A stretch of DNA of 62,713 nt, counting the filler, from Diploschistes diacapsis (taxonomy: Eukaryota), in the NCBI GenBank assembly GCA_023645945.1. It is 19 parts of 19 records of this genome, joined end to end, with 100 filler letters (N's around TTAATTAATTAA, not from the genome) between each part and the next. Parts side by side here need not be neighbours in the genome. Positions count along the whole stretch, not along the records: positions 15,004 to 39,299 come from JALAIB010000242.1; positions 39,400 to 41,437 come from JALAIB010002420.1; positions 41,538 to 43,574 come from JALAIB010002421.1; positions 43,675 to 45,709 come from JALAIB010002422.1; positions 45,810 to 47,842 come from JALAIB010002423.1; positions 47,943 to 49,970 come from JALAIB010002424.1; 13 more parts are not named here. The stretch is one strand, 5' to 3'. The notes under the pieces are model-generated. The model saw only the letters and a program-made list of their open reading frames with translations. It was not told the DNA's origin and made no database searches. Position 1 is the stretch's first letter, and every line of letters starts with the position of its first letter. The translations under genes were made by a program, and so were the position numbers. Below are positions 37,001-48,381 of the stretch, one piece after another.

Positions 37001-38099
37001 ATCCGGGAGCTTGGGAGGCCACTTGGTTGATCAAATCGCGCAAATGGCTGACGTGAAGACGGTTGTCTGTCTGAATCGCGAGAAAAACGTGGAACCCTAT
37101 CTGCGCCAAAGCAAGGCCATGAGGGACAAGGGCATCCGCTCCTTCGACAAAATCAGGTCCAAGCTGCTGGTGTTGCAAACCGACAGCTCAAAGCCAAACT
37201 TTGGACTCTCAAGAAGCGAATACGAAAGGCTGACGGGTTCGGTCACTCACCTCATTCATAATGCGTGGCCCATGAGCGCAAAAAGGGCTTTGGCTGGATT
37301 CGAGTCTCAGTTTCAAGTCATGCGCAACCTCATCGACTTTGCTTGCGACGTTGTGTCTCGGCGTTCGGAGGAATTCAAGTTCAGCTTTCAGATGGTGTCT
37401 TCGGTCGGCGTGGTGGGCCACTACGGCCTCGGGAACGGCGAGGAAAAGACCATGGTGCCCGAAGATAGAATGAGCATCGATTCGGTACTCCCAAATGGCT
37501 ACGGAGACGCAAAATGGGGCTGTGAGAGGATGATCGACGAGACGTTGCACAAGCATCCCAACCGATTCCGAGCCATGGTAGTCCGCCTGGGGCAGATTGC
37601 CGGCTCCAAGACCAGCGGATACTGGAACCCCATGGAGCACTTTGGCTTCTTGATCAGGTCCTCGCAGACGCTGAACGCTCTACCAGACGTAGATGGCACC
37701 GTCTACTGGACCCCCGTCAACGACATTGCCGGAAGCCTTGCCGACCTCGTACTGTCGGACCATGCAACCTACCCAATCTACCACATCGAGAACCCGGTCG
37801 GCCAGCCTTGGTCCGAGATGAATACTATTCTGGCTCATGCGCTGAACATTCCGAACTTGGTCCCCTTCGAGGAGTGGCTCGAGCGCGTCCGAGCGGCTCC
37901 GCAACGAAACAACCCGGCCTCCACGCTCCTAGGGTTTTTGGATAGCAACTACCTTCGGATGTCTTGCGGGGGGCTTGTTCTGGGCACAAAGAAGGCCCTT
38001 GAGCATTCCAAGACACTTGCTGCCGTTGGGCCCGTGAGCGAGGAGGTGGTCAGGAAGTACATTCATGTTTGGAAGGAAATTGGCTTCTTGGACTCATAA
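31014..38099 (+). CDS. Non-reducing iterative PKS SAT-KS-MAT-PT-ACP-ACP-R (Fsr1/PGL1-like architecture), ~2275 aa, 5 exons (31014-31300, 31353-31629, 31710-35342, 35410-35961, 36021-38099)
   Basis: SAT GLCTG; KS DTACSSS, HGTGT and NIGH; MAT GHSLG and YAFH; PT GHEVDG...IIDS; two GIDSL ACP motifs; terminal reductase TGASGSLG and YGDAK. Four GT-AG introns give a 6828-nt in-frame CDS. Confidence 0.95.
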
Positions 38100-39399
38100 A
38101 CCCAACCCGAAGCAGGCAGGATGATGCATGCACTTGAACACACACGCAATGGGTAGGTTACGGATGCATAACGCTGGAGGAGCACACACACCTCCGTGGA
38201 GACCAGACAGGAATCTGGATTTTCGTCGGTCTCTCTATTCATCTACAGTTAGTCCTGAGCGGCCCCCGTTACGAGAGCCGCAGATGTATATGTAGAAGGG
38301 GGGTGAATCTGGAAGAGGGGACCGTGGATAGACAGACAGTTAGAATGGGAAACAGACAGCAAGAAACTAGAGAGCTCATGATCGCGCGGTAGCCGTCACA
38401 GTACACACTTTACATCATCGAGGAGGCTCTCTTTCTTTTCGTCTGCGCCAACTCCATGCAGCAAGCGCGTGCGAAGAATCAGGACTTCCAAGCTCGTCCC
38501 GCGGCGGCGAGGGCGGATGTTCTTTTTTTCAATTCGGGAGTTGCAAGCAAGCAATAGCTTTCTTACGAGTACGAGTACGAGTCCCGGGGGGGGGGTTGGA
38601 CCTCATTGTCCCGAGGTTGTATGGACGGGCAATACGAAGAGAACTATGTACGATGGGCATGGGGCCGTCGTTCTCCACGGGCCCCATGTCTCTCTCTCTC
38701 TATCTCTCTGTGTGTGTGGGTAGGTCAGGCTCGGACGCTGCTGGGGATTGAATAGCTTTTTTTTTTCAAGCCGCGGGCTGCATACATACATACATACATA
38801 CAAGAAGCTTTTCGATCTTGCTTGCCTCATTTGGGAACATGTGCACGCACGCATAACGACGATATGGCTTACTTTCCATCTATCTCCGTCGATTAAATCA
38901 AATCGTTCGGATGCAGTGAGAAAGAGAAAGAGAAAGAGGGGGAGGGCCCGGATTCAACCGATCCGTTTTTTCTCCTTACCGCGAACCCGCCGAGGACCTG
39001 ATCATACTAATAGTTGGCTGGGGCTGGGCTAAGTTGTTGTTGTTGTTGTTGTTATATATGTATGTATGTATGTCTCGGGACAAGGATCTAGTATTCTATC
39101 CTAGGATCAGGATACCCGGTGGAAAAGAATGAACGGAAGAATCGAAGCCACGACGGCCCTCTCTCTCTCTCTCTCTCACTTTCTCTCCCTTTGTATCTCT
39201 GTATATCTACAAGCAGCAAGCGGCTGCTGTCATACTGTTTCGGCAGTAATAAGTTTGCCGCTGCACAAAAAACCTTAGCATGCCCCGGATCCCCAAAACN
39301 NNNNNNNNNNNNNNNNNNNNNNNNNNNNNNNNNNNNNNNNNNNTTAATTAATTAANNNNNNNNNNNNNNNNNNNNNNNNNNNNNNNNNNNNNNNNNNNN

Positions 39400-40450
39400 G
39401 TTAACGATAGAATATTTATAAAATATGTAATTCTAGAAATAAACTTCTTTTCGATAAAGATATATTTTATAATAAATATACCGGCTATAGCATAAAAACG
39501 AGTACCTGAAATAAAAATACGGATACTTATAAAAATAAAAAAGATATATACATCTCCGACAAAAATACTTAAGCTATATAAAAATAACATTCTACGAGAT
39601 ACACTTACAGAACAAGATAGCTTAAATAATAGAAAACATTTTCCGGAAAGAACATCAACGCCAACAACTACATCTACCCCAGATACCGACCGACGAGACC
39701 AGATCTCTAATAACGAACCAATATTACACCCTAAAGCTCGCGATATAATATTTATTTTATAAATCCGAGATACACGATTACGAGAATAATAACACTAACG
39801 TCGTGAAATTGCCACGTTAATTAAGTCACATCTAAAAATAACCGACGTTAAAAACGCATTAATTATAATTAAAATTATTATAAAAGAAATTTACGATAAA
39901 CGTTATAAAATCTACTTCATAAAAATTAAAAATTTTATTATATTACGTTTATATCGTAAATATAAGCTGTTTACCGCGGTCAATATCAAGCTTTTTATTC
40001 AGCTTACTAAACCTTTTAAACTCTTAAAACGCGTAAATAAATTAATTTATAAATTATAGTTATCGAACTACTATTATATTCACGATATTATTAATATCGT
40101 ATATTTTAAGCCGGTGTTAGATCCAATTAACGACCCTTACCGCCGACGATCTTTACCGCCGCCATTTATTAATAAAAATCGAGAAAGAATACGAGATAAA
40201 ACGATTATTTATTAAACGCCGTATACGCAAAAAACGCGGATAAAATACGCAGTACTTGATACGATAGCTAAAATATAATATTATCGATAACATATAAATC
40301 ACCGAGCGAGAATTATAGCAATATTTAATAAACCGGATCGCCGAATTCGAACAAAAGCACAACGACGCCGTAGATACAGGACTACAAGAGATATAGAATA
40401 GAGACTATATCTACGTTATAAAAAAAATCTTAATAAAAAAGCAAAATTGC
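39400..40450 (+). mobile_element. Gypsy integrase C-terminal/chromodomain relic (RIP-degraded)
   Basis: Degraded KPFKLLKRVNKLIYKL*L...IHDIINI, corresponding to the GPF..YKL.LP..IHDV motif. Confidence 0.5.
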
Positions 40451-40962
40451 TTTAGCAATAGGAGAAAAGGATAGCAATACTAAACATATTGCTAGAATAT
40501 TTTAGGACGAATGTCGAGGGTTTTATCTCGCTCATTCGGTACCAGTTAAAACACTGCTTATGTGGACATAAGCATTTTATGTCGGTGGATATTATAGTAA
40601 CTGCTATGGCTACTAACTATTACCACTACCACTGCTACTGTTATTACTACTAGGGGGTTCGCTTGCACCTGCCCTCGCTACTATCGCTTATGACGCAATG
40701 GGCCACGATGCCTTTAAACATCCACACACCTGGTATCTATAAAGGGCTCGCTGCCCTCAGTAGCTTTTGAAATACTATCTTCTACACATACAATGATTTG
40801 ACTATAACTGACAAAATATCTTGATTTCGATTTTAAGAATTATTATTTAGCGTATAATCGTCCGCGTAAATAATTTAGATAATTAAAATTTATTCTCGAT
40901 TACCGGGTTACTTTTTATACGAGATCTATTTTATAATTTAAAGTAATTACGATTTTTATATA

Positions 40963-41437
40963 ACGTGTTTGACGGTGAGTCCGGCCACCCCTAGAGTCCG
41001 GTCACCTCAAATTACTACCGTTAACATTCTACGGTTTTTAGATATAACCTATTCGTCGTAATTAGAATCTAATCGATCTAAATCGAATCTATTTTTTTTT
41101 TCTATCTTTTTCGATTTTAGAAATGCGACGACGTTTTTTACCCGTTATAGATCGTTTTAAAATTATTCGACTCGATTTAACCCGAATTATTATTTTAAAA
41201 ACTTCGTCTATATTAAATATAAAATAATCTTTTAATTCGATTCGTTTATTTAATTTATATTTTTACGATTATTAAGAAGCGTTTTTTACTTTCGGTTTTC
41301 TTTACGGAGCGTTATAAACTTAATATACGTTAATTTAAATACACGAGTTATTCGACTCGAATAACGTCGAATTAGATTAATTAATTTTAAAACGGTTTAT
41401 AATATTTAATTAAATTCTTTATTAATCTTTCGTAATT
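40963..41437. mobile_element. pogo/Fot1-type element end (reverse of the 1-577 family)
   Basis: TA|ACGTGTTTGACGGTGAGTCCGGCCACCC followed by the reverse complement of the 1-577 interior. Confidence 0.6.
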
Positions 41438-42039
41438 NNNNNNNNNNNNNNNNNNNNNNNNNNNNNNNNNNNNNNNNNNNNTTAATTAATTAANNNNNNN
41501 NNNNNNNNNNNNNNNNNNNNNNNNNNNNNNNNNNNNNTTATAAAACTTACCTAAACCTTTCAACTCGTAATAGCTCGATTTCGAATTATTAAAAACAATT
41601 CGATTTATTTCGAGCATAATATACGTAATTTATTTAATCGAGTAATATAATCCGTTTTTTATATTAACGCGCTTTTTAACGGCGAAAATATTACGATATC
41701 GAGCGATTAAAGAAGATAAAAATTATACCATAATAATATCATTAAATCGATTCGACTAGACATAACGTGTTTGACGGAGAAGTGGGCCACCCCCAGAAGT
41801 GGGCCACTTTTGCCAAGAAATATTTTAAATCTTTAATAACTCTTCGAATTGTATCGTTATTTTTGATTTTTCCCCGAAATATTACTATTAGCTCAATCAT
41901 CTATCATACCCGAAAAGTGCACATTGATTATCGCAGCAGTTATTCTTTGAAAGCGAAATTAAAATAACAACTCGAAAACACGTATTATTTTATCTTTCAA
42001 AATCGGTCATAACGCAGCAAAACATATATTTTTTAAATA

Positions 42040-43574
42040 TATCATTATATGAAACGCCAGCGCAGGAAAGGATGCTACTCTACCGGGGGCTGGGCCTGAT
42101 CCGGAAGGATTAGGTGTAGCTTGGGCATCTGCAGGTAAAAGGTCTCGATTCGAAAAGCTGAAAAAGAAATTATTTAAGTAAGAAAAGGGCACCGTTAAGT
42201 AGTGTGAATGTTAGACCTATCGGGGTTCGGGAATTACTTATTTATATAATTATTTCTTAATTTTATCGTGTCTTGGCAAGCATCTGGGCATTAACTTTAT
42301 CGTATTTTAATAAATATTTAGGTATTGATCCTACCGTGTCTTAGCAAGTTTCTGAGCATTAATTCTATCGTGGTTTAATAGGTTCCTAGGCTGGGTTATC
42401 TTATTACCTCTTTCTTTAGATATTTGTGTCTTTTATAAGCGCGATATTCTTTTTTTAATCAATCTTTACTTCGATTTTCACTTTTTTTTCTGATTTATTT
42501 AAAAGGATACCCGTTATTTTTTCGTAATAGATATTTCCGTTTCTTTAAACCCTTTTCAGCGTCGTTTTTAATTAAATACGCTTTTAGATTCTATAAGAAA
42601 ATATAATCGTCGTGATAGTCGATATTGCATTATTTTAAAGGTTCGTTTTTGTTTATAGTTCTTATTAACGTTAATTGTTTTTTCTCGAGTATTATTAGTT
42701 ACGGGGGTCTTATCTTTTCGGGATTTAATTAATAAAATTTTTGTAAGATCTTGAAAGTATTTTCGAAGTTAACGGCGGGATATTAATTATCGTCGGTAAA
42801 TTATCTTACCTAACGTACCTTATATTGGACGTTCATTCCTCGCCCGGGATTTTTTTTAATATCGAGGATTTTTTCGATTTCTTATTCTTTTCCGTCTTCC
42901 GTTTTTCCCGGAAATAATCTAGAATGCGTTTATTTTTTTAAAAAGTTTTACGGGTCTTTTAAAAGTAAAGACGAGTAAAAGATTTTAAATTGTTTTATCG
43001 ATATTAATAGATCTAGTTCGAAGTTTATATCGCCTATCTTCCGTAAAACGTTGTAAGAGTCGTTCTATTTATTATTTAGTTTCTTGCAGGTTCGGATGGT
43101 TTTAATATTACGTATATCTAATTAGATCGAGTCGCCGGAATTAATCTTTTTAACGAAACATCGATATTCGTCCGGGTATCGCTTTTATCGCTGTTACGTT
43201 AATATTATATATCTTTTAACGAAGTTCTAGATGTTTTATATAATTTCGGCGATAGTATTAATATTTCGATTATTTATTCTTTCGCGAATAGTAACTTTTT
43301 ATTCCGTTATTCTATCGGTGTCGAAAGATATCCGAGATTTATATTTCCGGGTAACGAAGAATGGCGAACATCTCGTTAATTCCGATTTAATCGCGTTGAT
43401 AACGAATTCTGGCATAAATAACAGCCGTTTTTAATTTTTTTACGAATAGTAGACGAAGGTTTATAAATACCGTTCTATTTTTTTATTAATATTTTCGGTC
43501 TGACCGTTCGTCTAAAAGTGAAAAGCCGTCGACAGTTTAAGACGGATATATAGTATATCATATAAATGCTATTA
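42040..43574 (-). mobile_element. Gypsy/chromovirus 3' end: integrase, chromodomain and LTR remnant
   Basis: The minus strand shows SYNVLRKIGDINFELDL and EIEKILD..YKVR remnants. 42045-42103 is homologous to the LTR segment at 56855-56910. Confidence 0.55.
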
Positions 43575-43674
43575 NNNNNNNNNNNNNNNNNNNNNNNNNN
43601 NNNNNNNNNNNNNNNNNNTTAATTAATTAANNNNNNNNNNNNNNNNNNNNNNNNNNNNNNNNNNNNNNNNNNNN

Positions 43675-43985
43675 AACAAAAATTTTCTCGGCACGGATAC
43701 TGACACGGACACCGTAGCAAAAATTTTCTCGGCACGGATATTGACACGGACACTGTACTGTAGTGAATCTATTGACACGGACACTACGACTAAAATTTTT
43801 AAAACACGGACATTGACACGGATATTATATTATAGTGAAAGCACGGACACGGATATTACAACTAAAAAATTTAAAATACGGATACTGATACGGACACTGC
43901 ACTGTAGTGAAAGTACTGATACTGTAATATAGTGAAAGCACGGATACTGTAATATAGTGAAAGTACGGACACGGATATTGCACTT
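43675..43985 (+). mobile_element. Internal fragment of the hAT-type MITE or a related element
   Basis: ACACGG/ACACTG repeat units as in 2988-3591. Confidence 0.6.
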
Positions 43986-45809
43986 GAATATTCGTGTATA
44001 TATTGATATTGTTCTAATATACGTATATTATTTTGACAGCGTGAGAATTGATCATAAGAATTGGGCGTAAGAATTTTATTTATAATAACTTACGTTTAAC
44101 GTAAATTTCATAATCTATTAACGTAATACCCGATAAAAACTTTTTGATGCATTTTATTAAATATAAGATCCTAATTCCGATTCTTTAATTTTCTTCGATC
44201 TCGAACAGATTAACGGAACGACGATATAATCGTATTATTACGGAATTGTAAGGCTAGTTCCATATCTTTAATTTATATGGTAACTCGTTTGCCGTAAATG
44301 GCGTAAAGATTAGAATCTATAATAATTATTATGAGAAATAAGCGTAAGAAATATTAACTGGCGTTTACTTTTAAATAAAGATATTAGGTATACTTCTGCG
44401 GCCTTTTGGATTCCATTTACCGCAGATCGCTGAAAGCGTAGATCGAGTTTGAAGTCCTGAGTTATCTTCCTTACAATCGTTGGAATGACGATTTAGGAAA
44501 AAGTAGATTAGTCGTTTTTTGATACTTTCGGATTTCACGTAATGTTTGTACTATGAATAGTTAAATTATGCTTATAATTATCATACTTAATTCTCACGAT
44601 CTACCACCGGGTTTAGTATGACGGACCTTTTTCGGTAGATCTGGATAAGGAAGGATACGGTCTGGTATAATAGGTTTAGTTTTTTCGGGATGGTGTATTT
44701 GTTTTTTAGGACCCAGAGAAGGAGTCGGACTAGGATGCGCTATTGATAATGTCTCTTTATTTAATTCTGTATTCTTTATTGCCTCTTCGTATTTATTTAT
44801 TTTAGATAATTAATTTATTGCTACGGGATTGCTCTCCGCAAGTTGCGATTATTTGTTATATTTATCTTTCTAGTTTTCTATCTCTTCCTTTCTTGCCTTA
44901 ATTAGTTTATTATTGGCTTCCGTAATTGCAAGTGCGGCGTTATACCATTTTCTGGTTTTAGGTTTGATTTGATTTTATAATTATACACGAGCGTGAGAAA
45001 TAAGCGTGATAATTAATATATAGGTTATTAAGATCATATTTTGGGCCATGACAGATATTTATCCGAAGGTTGGAATCTTTCTTCTGGGACTGTCTGAACG
45101 TTCTGAGCGGTCGGAATAGGTTTTTTTCTAGTCGGGCGTTTCGGTGCGCGTTTTGCTTTCGTCATTTCTAATGTATTTAGTTTTAGTAACGTAATCGAAG
45201 AAAAGAACCTTTGCTGTCAGATAAATTAATGAAAAGGGTTAAAAGAAGGATCGTAAAGATCGAATCTCAGTGTTGATCTAAGATTATAATAATTCAATAT
45301 TAAAGGACTGGATTATGACTAGCTTTTAAAGCAATAAAGCTTAAATCTAAGCTATACGAAAAGGATCTCATGCTTACCTTTCATCTAAAACGCTTAACGG
45401 CTAATAAAAGAAGAATAACAAAATAAATCAATTAAAAAGCGAATATGAAAGTAAAGTGAAATCTTAGTATAAAAAAGTGAATCTTAATATCAAGATTAAG
45501 ATTTATAATAAACTATAATATAAACCTAAATACAAACCTAATATAAATCTAAACTTAATAAATTCTTTATTTATTTTATTCTCTTTAACCATTAAGCCTA
45601 TCTTTCTTTTTATTTGCTTTTTATTATCTAATTAATCTTTACTTTATCCCTCCTTTTATTAGCCTTAAATTCCTGTTCTTTAATTTAGAAACCCTTTGCG
45701 GTAATATAGNNNNNNNNNNNNNNNNNNNNNNNNNNNNNNNNNNNNNNNNNNNNTTAATTAATTAANNNNNNNNNNNNNNNNNNNNNNNNNNNNNNNNNNN
45801 NNNNNNNNN

Positions 45810-45950
45810 GGTAAAATAGCCTTTAAGGCTTTCTATTCATCACGTGACCAATGTTACCATGATTGGACTATATATAAAGAATGATTGGGTTAGGCCCGAT
45901 CAGCTGTAAAGTGCCAAGTGGACTACCATCTAGTTACTTGGATCGTAACA
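45810..45950 (+). mobile_element. 3' part of LTR family A
   Basis: Ends TTGGATCGTAACA, as at 6165. Confidence 0.65.
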
Positions 45951-46482
45951 CTAACCTCCGGATAAATATCTACCATAACCCAAAATATGATCTTAATAAC
46001 TTATATATTAATTATCACGCTTATTTCTCACGCTCGTATATAGTTATAAAGTTAAATCAAGCCTAAAACCCGAAAATAACATAACGCCGCACTTACAGCT
46101 ACTTAAGCCAATAATGAATTGATTAAAACAAAAAAAGAAGAAATAAAAAACTAGAAAAATAAATATAACAAATGGGCGCATCTTGCGGAAAGTAACCCCG
46201 TAATAATAAATTAATTATCTAAAGTAAACAAATACGAAAAAACAATAAAAAATACGGAATTAAATAAAAAAACATTATTAATAACGCATCCTAATCCGGC
46301 TCCTTCTCTAAATCTTAAAAAACAAATACGCTATCCCGAAAAAGCTAAACTTATTATACCAGACTATATCCTTCCCTTTCTAAATTTACCGAAAAAGGCC
46401 CGTCATACTAAAGCCGGTAATAGATCGTAAGAATTAAATATGAAAATTATAAGCATAATTTAACTATTTATAATACAAGTAT

Positions 46483-47049
46483 TAGGCTGGCCGTCACGGA
46501 CACTGACACGGCCGTGGCAGTGTCCGTGTTTTAAATTTTTTAGCCGTAATGTCCGTGTCCGTGCTTTTACTGTAATGTAATGTCCGTGGAAGTGTCCGTG
46601 TTTTAAAATTATTAGTCGTAGTGTCCGTGTCTGTGCTTTTATTATAATGTAATGTCCGTAAAAGTATCCGTGTTTTATAATTTTTAATCGTAATATTCGT
46701 ATTAATAAATTTATTATCGTGTCCGTGCATTCACCGAAACATTTATAAATAATATTTATTTTTAATAGTTTTAAAATTATTACGTCTATTATTTATACTT
46801 CTATTTTTTTATCGCGGTGTTTCGGTAAATTCACGGTAATATTTCGGTGAATTTACTGCAGTATAGTGTCCGTAGAAGTGTCCGTGTTTTAAAATTTTTA
46901 GTCGTAGTGTCCGTGTCCGTGCTTTTACTATAGTATAGTGTCCGTGTCCGTGCTTTCACTGCAGTGCAGTGTCCGTGGAAGTGTCCGTGCCGAGAAAATT
47001 TTCGCGGTAGTGTCCGTGTCAGTGACCGTGGCACGCAACGGCCAGCCTA
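46483..47049. mobile_element. hAT-type MITE, full-length, reverse orientation
   Basis: TAGGCTGGCCGTCACGG ... CAACGGCCAGCCTA termini. Confidence 0.8.
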
Positions 47050-47842
47050 AGATTAATAATACTAACGTTTTATTATATATAACTAATTAGCTGCATCTGT
47101 TTAAAAAATTGATTTTTATTCGAAAACGACGAATCAAAATCGGGAAAAAAATACTTTATTTAGATTACACTAAGAAGATTAGGATAAAATATAATAATAA
47201 CATTTTATATTTAAAATATGTTACGTATGTTTTAAGGTTAAAAGCGAACCTTATATCGAAATAAAAGTTATGAAAAGCAGGTTTACGGGGACGTTTTGAT
47301 TAAGATGGCTTGTATCTACATAATGGCGAAGGACGGATCATTCTTACGTGCAAGAAGAAGAATGGAGTCTATTACACAAGCAAGGTTGCCAAAGGAGAAC
47401 ATGCATATGCTGCAAAAGCGTACCCAGCAAAAACAACTGAACCTGAATCTGAACTTTTGAAGTTACGAGGATATTCTGATGCAGATTACGGGGGAGACAA
47501 GGTAGACCGAAAGTCAACGTATAGACACATCTTTTAGTTATGTGGTGGCCCAATATCATGGATAAGTAAGAAGTAAAGTTCAGTTTCCACCTAGACAACT
47601 AAAGCTGAATATATTGGATTATTATATGCCGTAAAGTAGGTCGTATAATATGTATAGTTCTTAAAAGATATTAAATATTTAGAATTTATAAAACCATTTT
47701 CATTTATTATTAAATTATTAAGAGATAATATTAATTCTTTAGATCTAATAAAGCACGCGAGGATTAACGATAGGTTAAAGTATATCGATATTGTTTATTA
47801 TTATGTACGGGATTTAGTCAAACGAGGCCGTATTAATGTTAT
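47050..47842 (+). mobile_element. Ty1/Copia pol relic (protease/pre-integrase region fused to RNase H)
   Basis: LRGYSDADYGGDKVDRKST..IF*LCGGPISWISKK*SSVST*TTKAEY is the Copia RNase H signature, with in-frame stops. Confidence 0.85.
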
Positions 47843-48381
47843 NNNNNNNNNNNNNNNNNNNNNNNNNNNNNNNNNNNNNNNNNNNNTTAATTAATTAANN
47901 NNNNNNNNNNNNNNNNNNNNNNNNNNNNNNNNNNNNNNNNNNTAAGAAATGAGCATACGCAATTGATTATGAACCGAAATCATTGTAAGATGCGCAGAGG
48001 GTTTGAACTGCAAAATGCTGCAAAATGGAGTGTCAATTGACTCTCGACTCGCTCCCAGGCGATACCGGAGCGCAACATAATTCCCGAAACGGCCAGGACC
48101 CGTGTGGTCAACGCGGCTCGGCCTCTTGCTTGGAATCAAACAATCGATTTCCAGATTCAAAGCGCATTCATTGGAGATAGACTGGAGACGTAGCAAGATA
48201 GGAAGAGTGTCCCAAAGACAGTAAGTATTCAAACCCTAGGGATTGGTCTGAGAACAATTGATGGAGGAAATAACCTACCTTCACGATCGCACAACTCTCC
48301 AACTCGCATTGACCCGACCAATCAAAGGAGTGCTATTGTCAAGACGGATCGCTTGACGCAAGCGATCGCCATTATCGCAGC

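Noticed and set aside
30780..38099. PKS apparently split into several ORFs (possible pseudogene)
   Set aside because: Four canonical GT-AG introns restore a single in-frame 2275-aa CDS with all catalytic motifs.
38690..39190. (CT)n, (CATA)n and (GTT)n tracts after the PKS
   Set aside because: Ordinary short microsatellites with no coding or structural signal.
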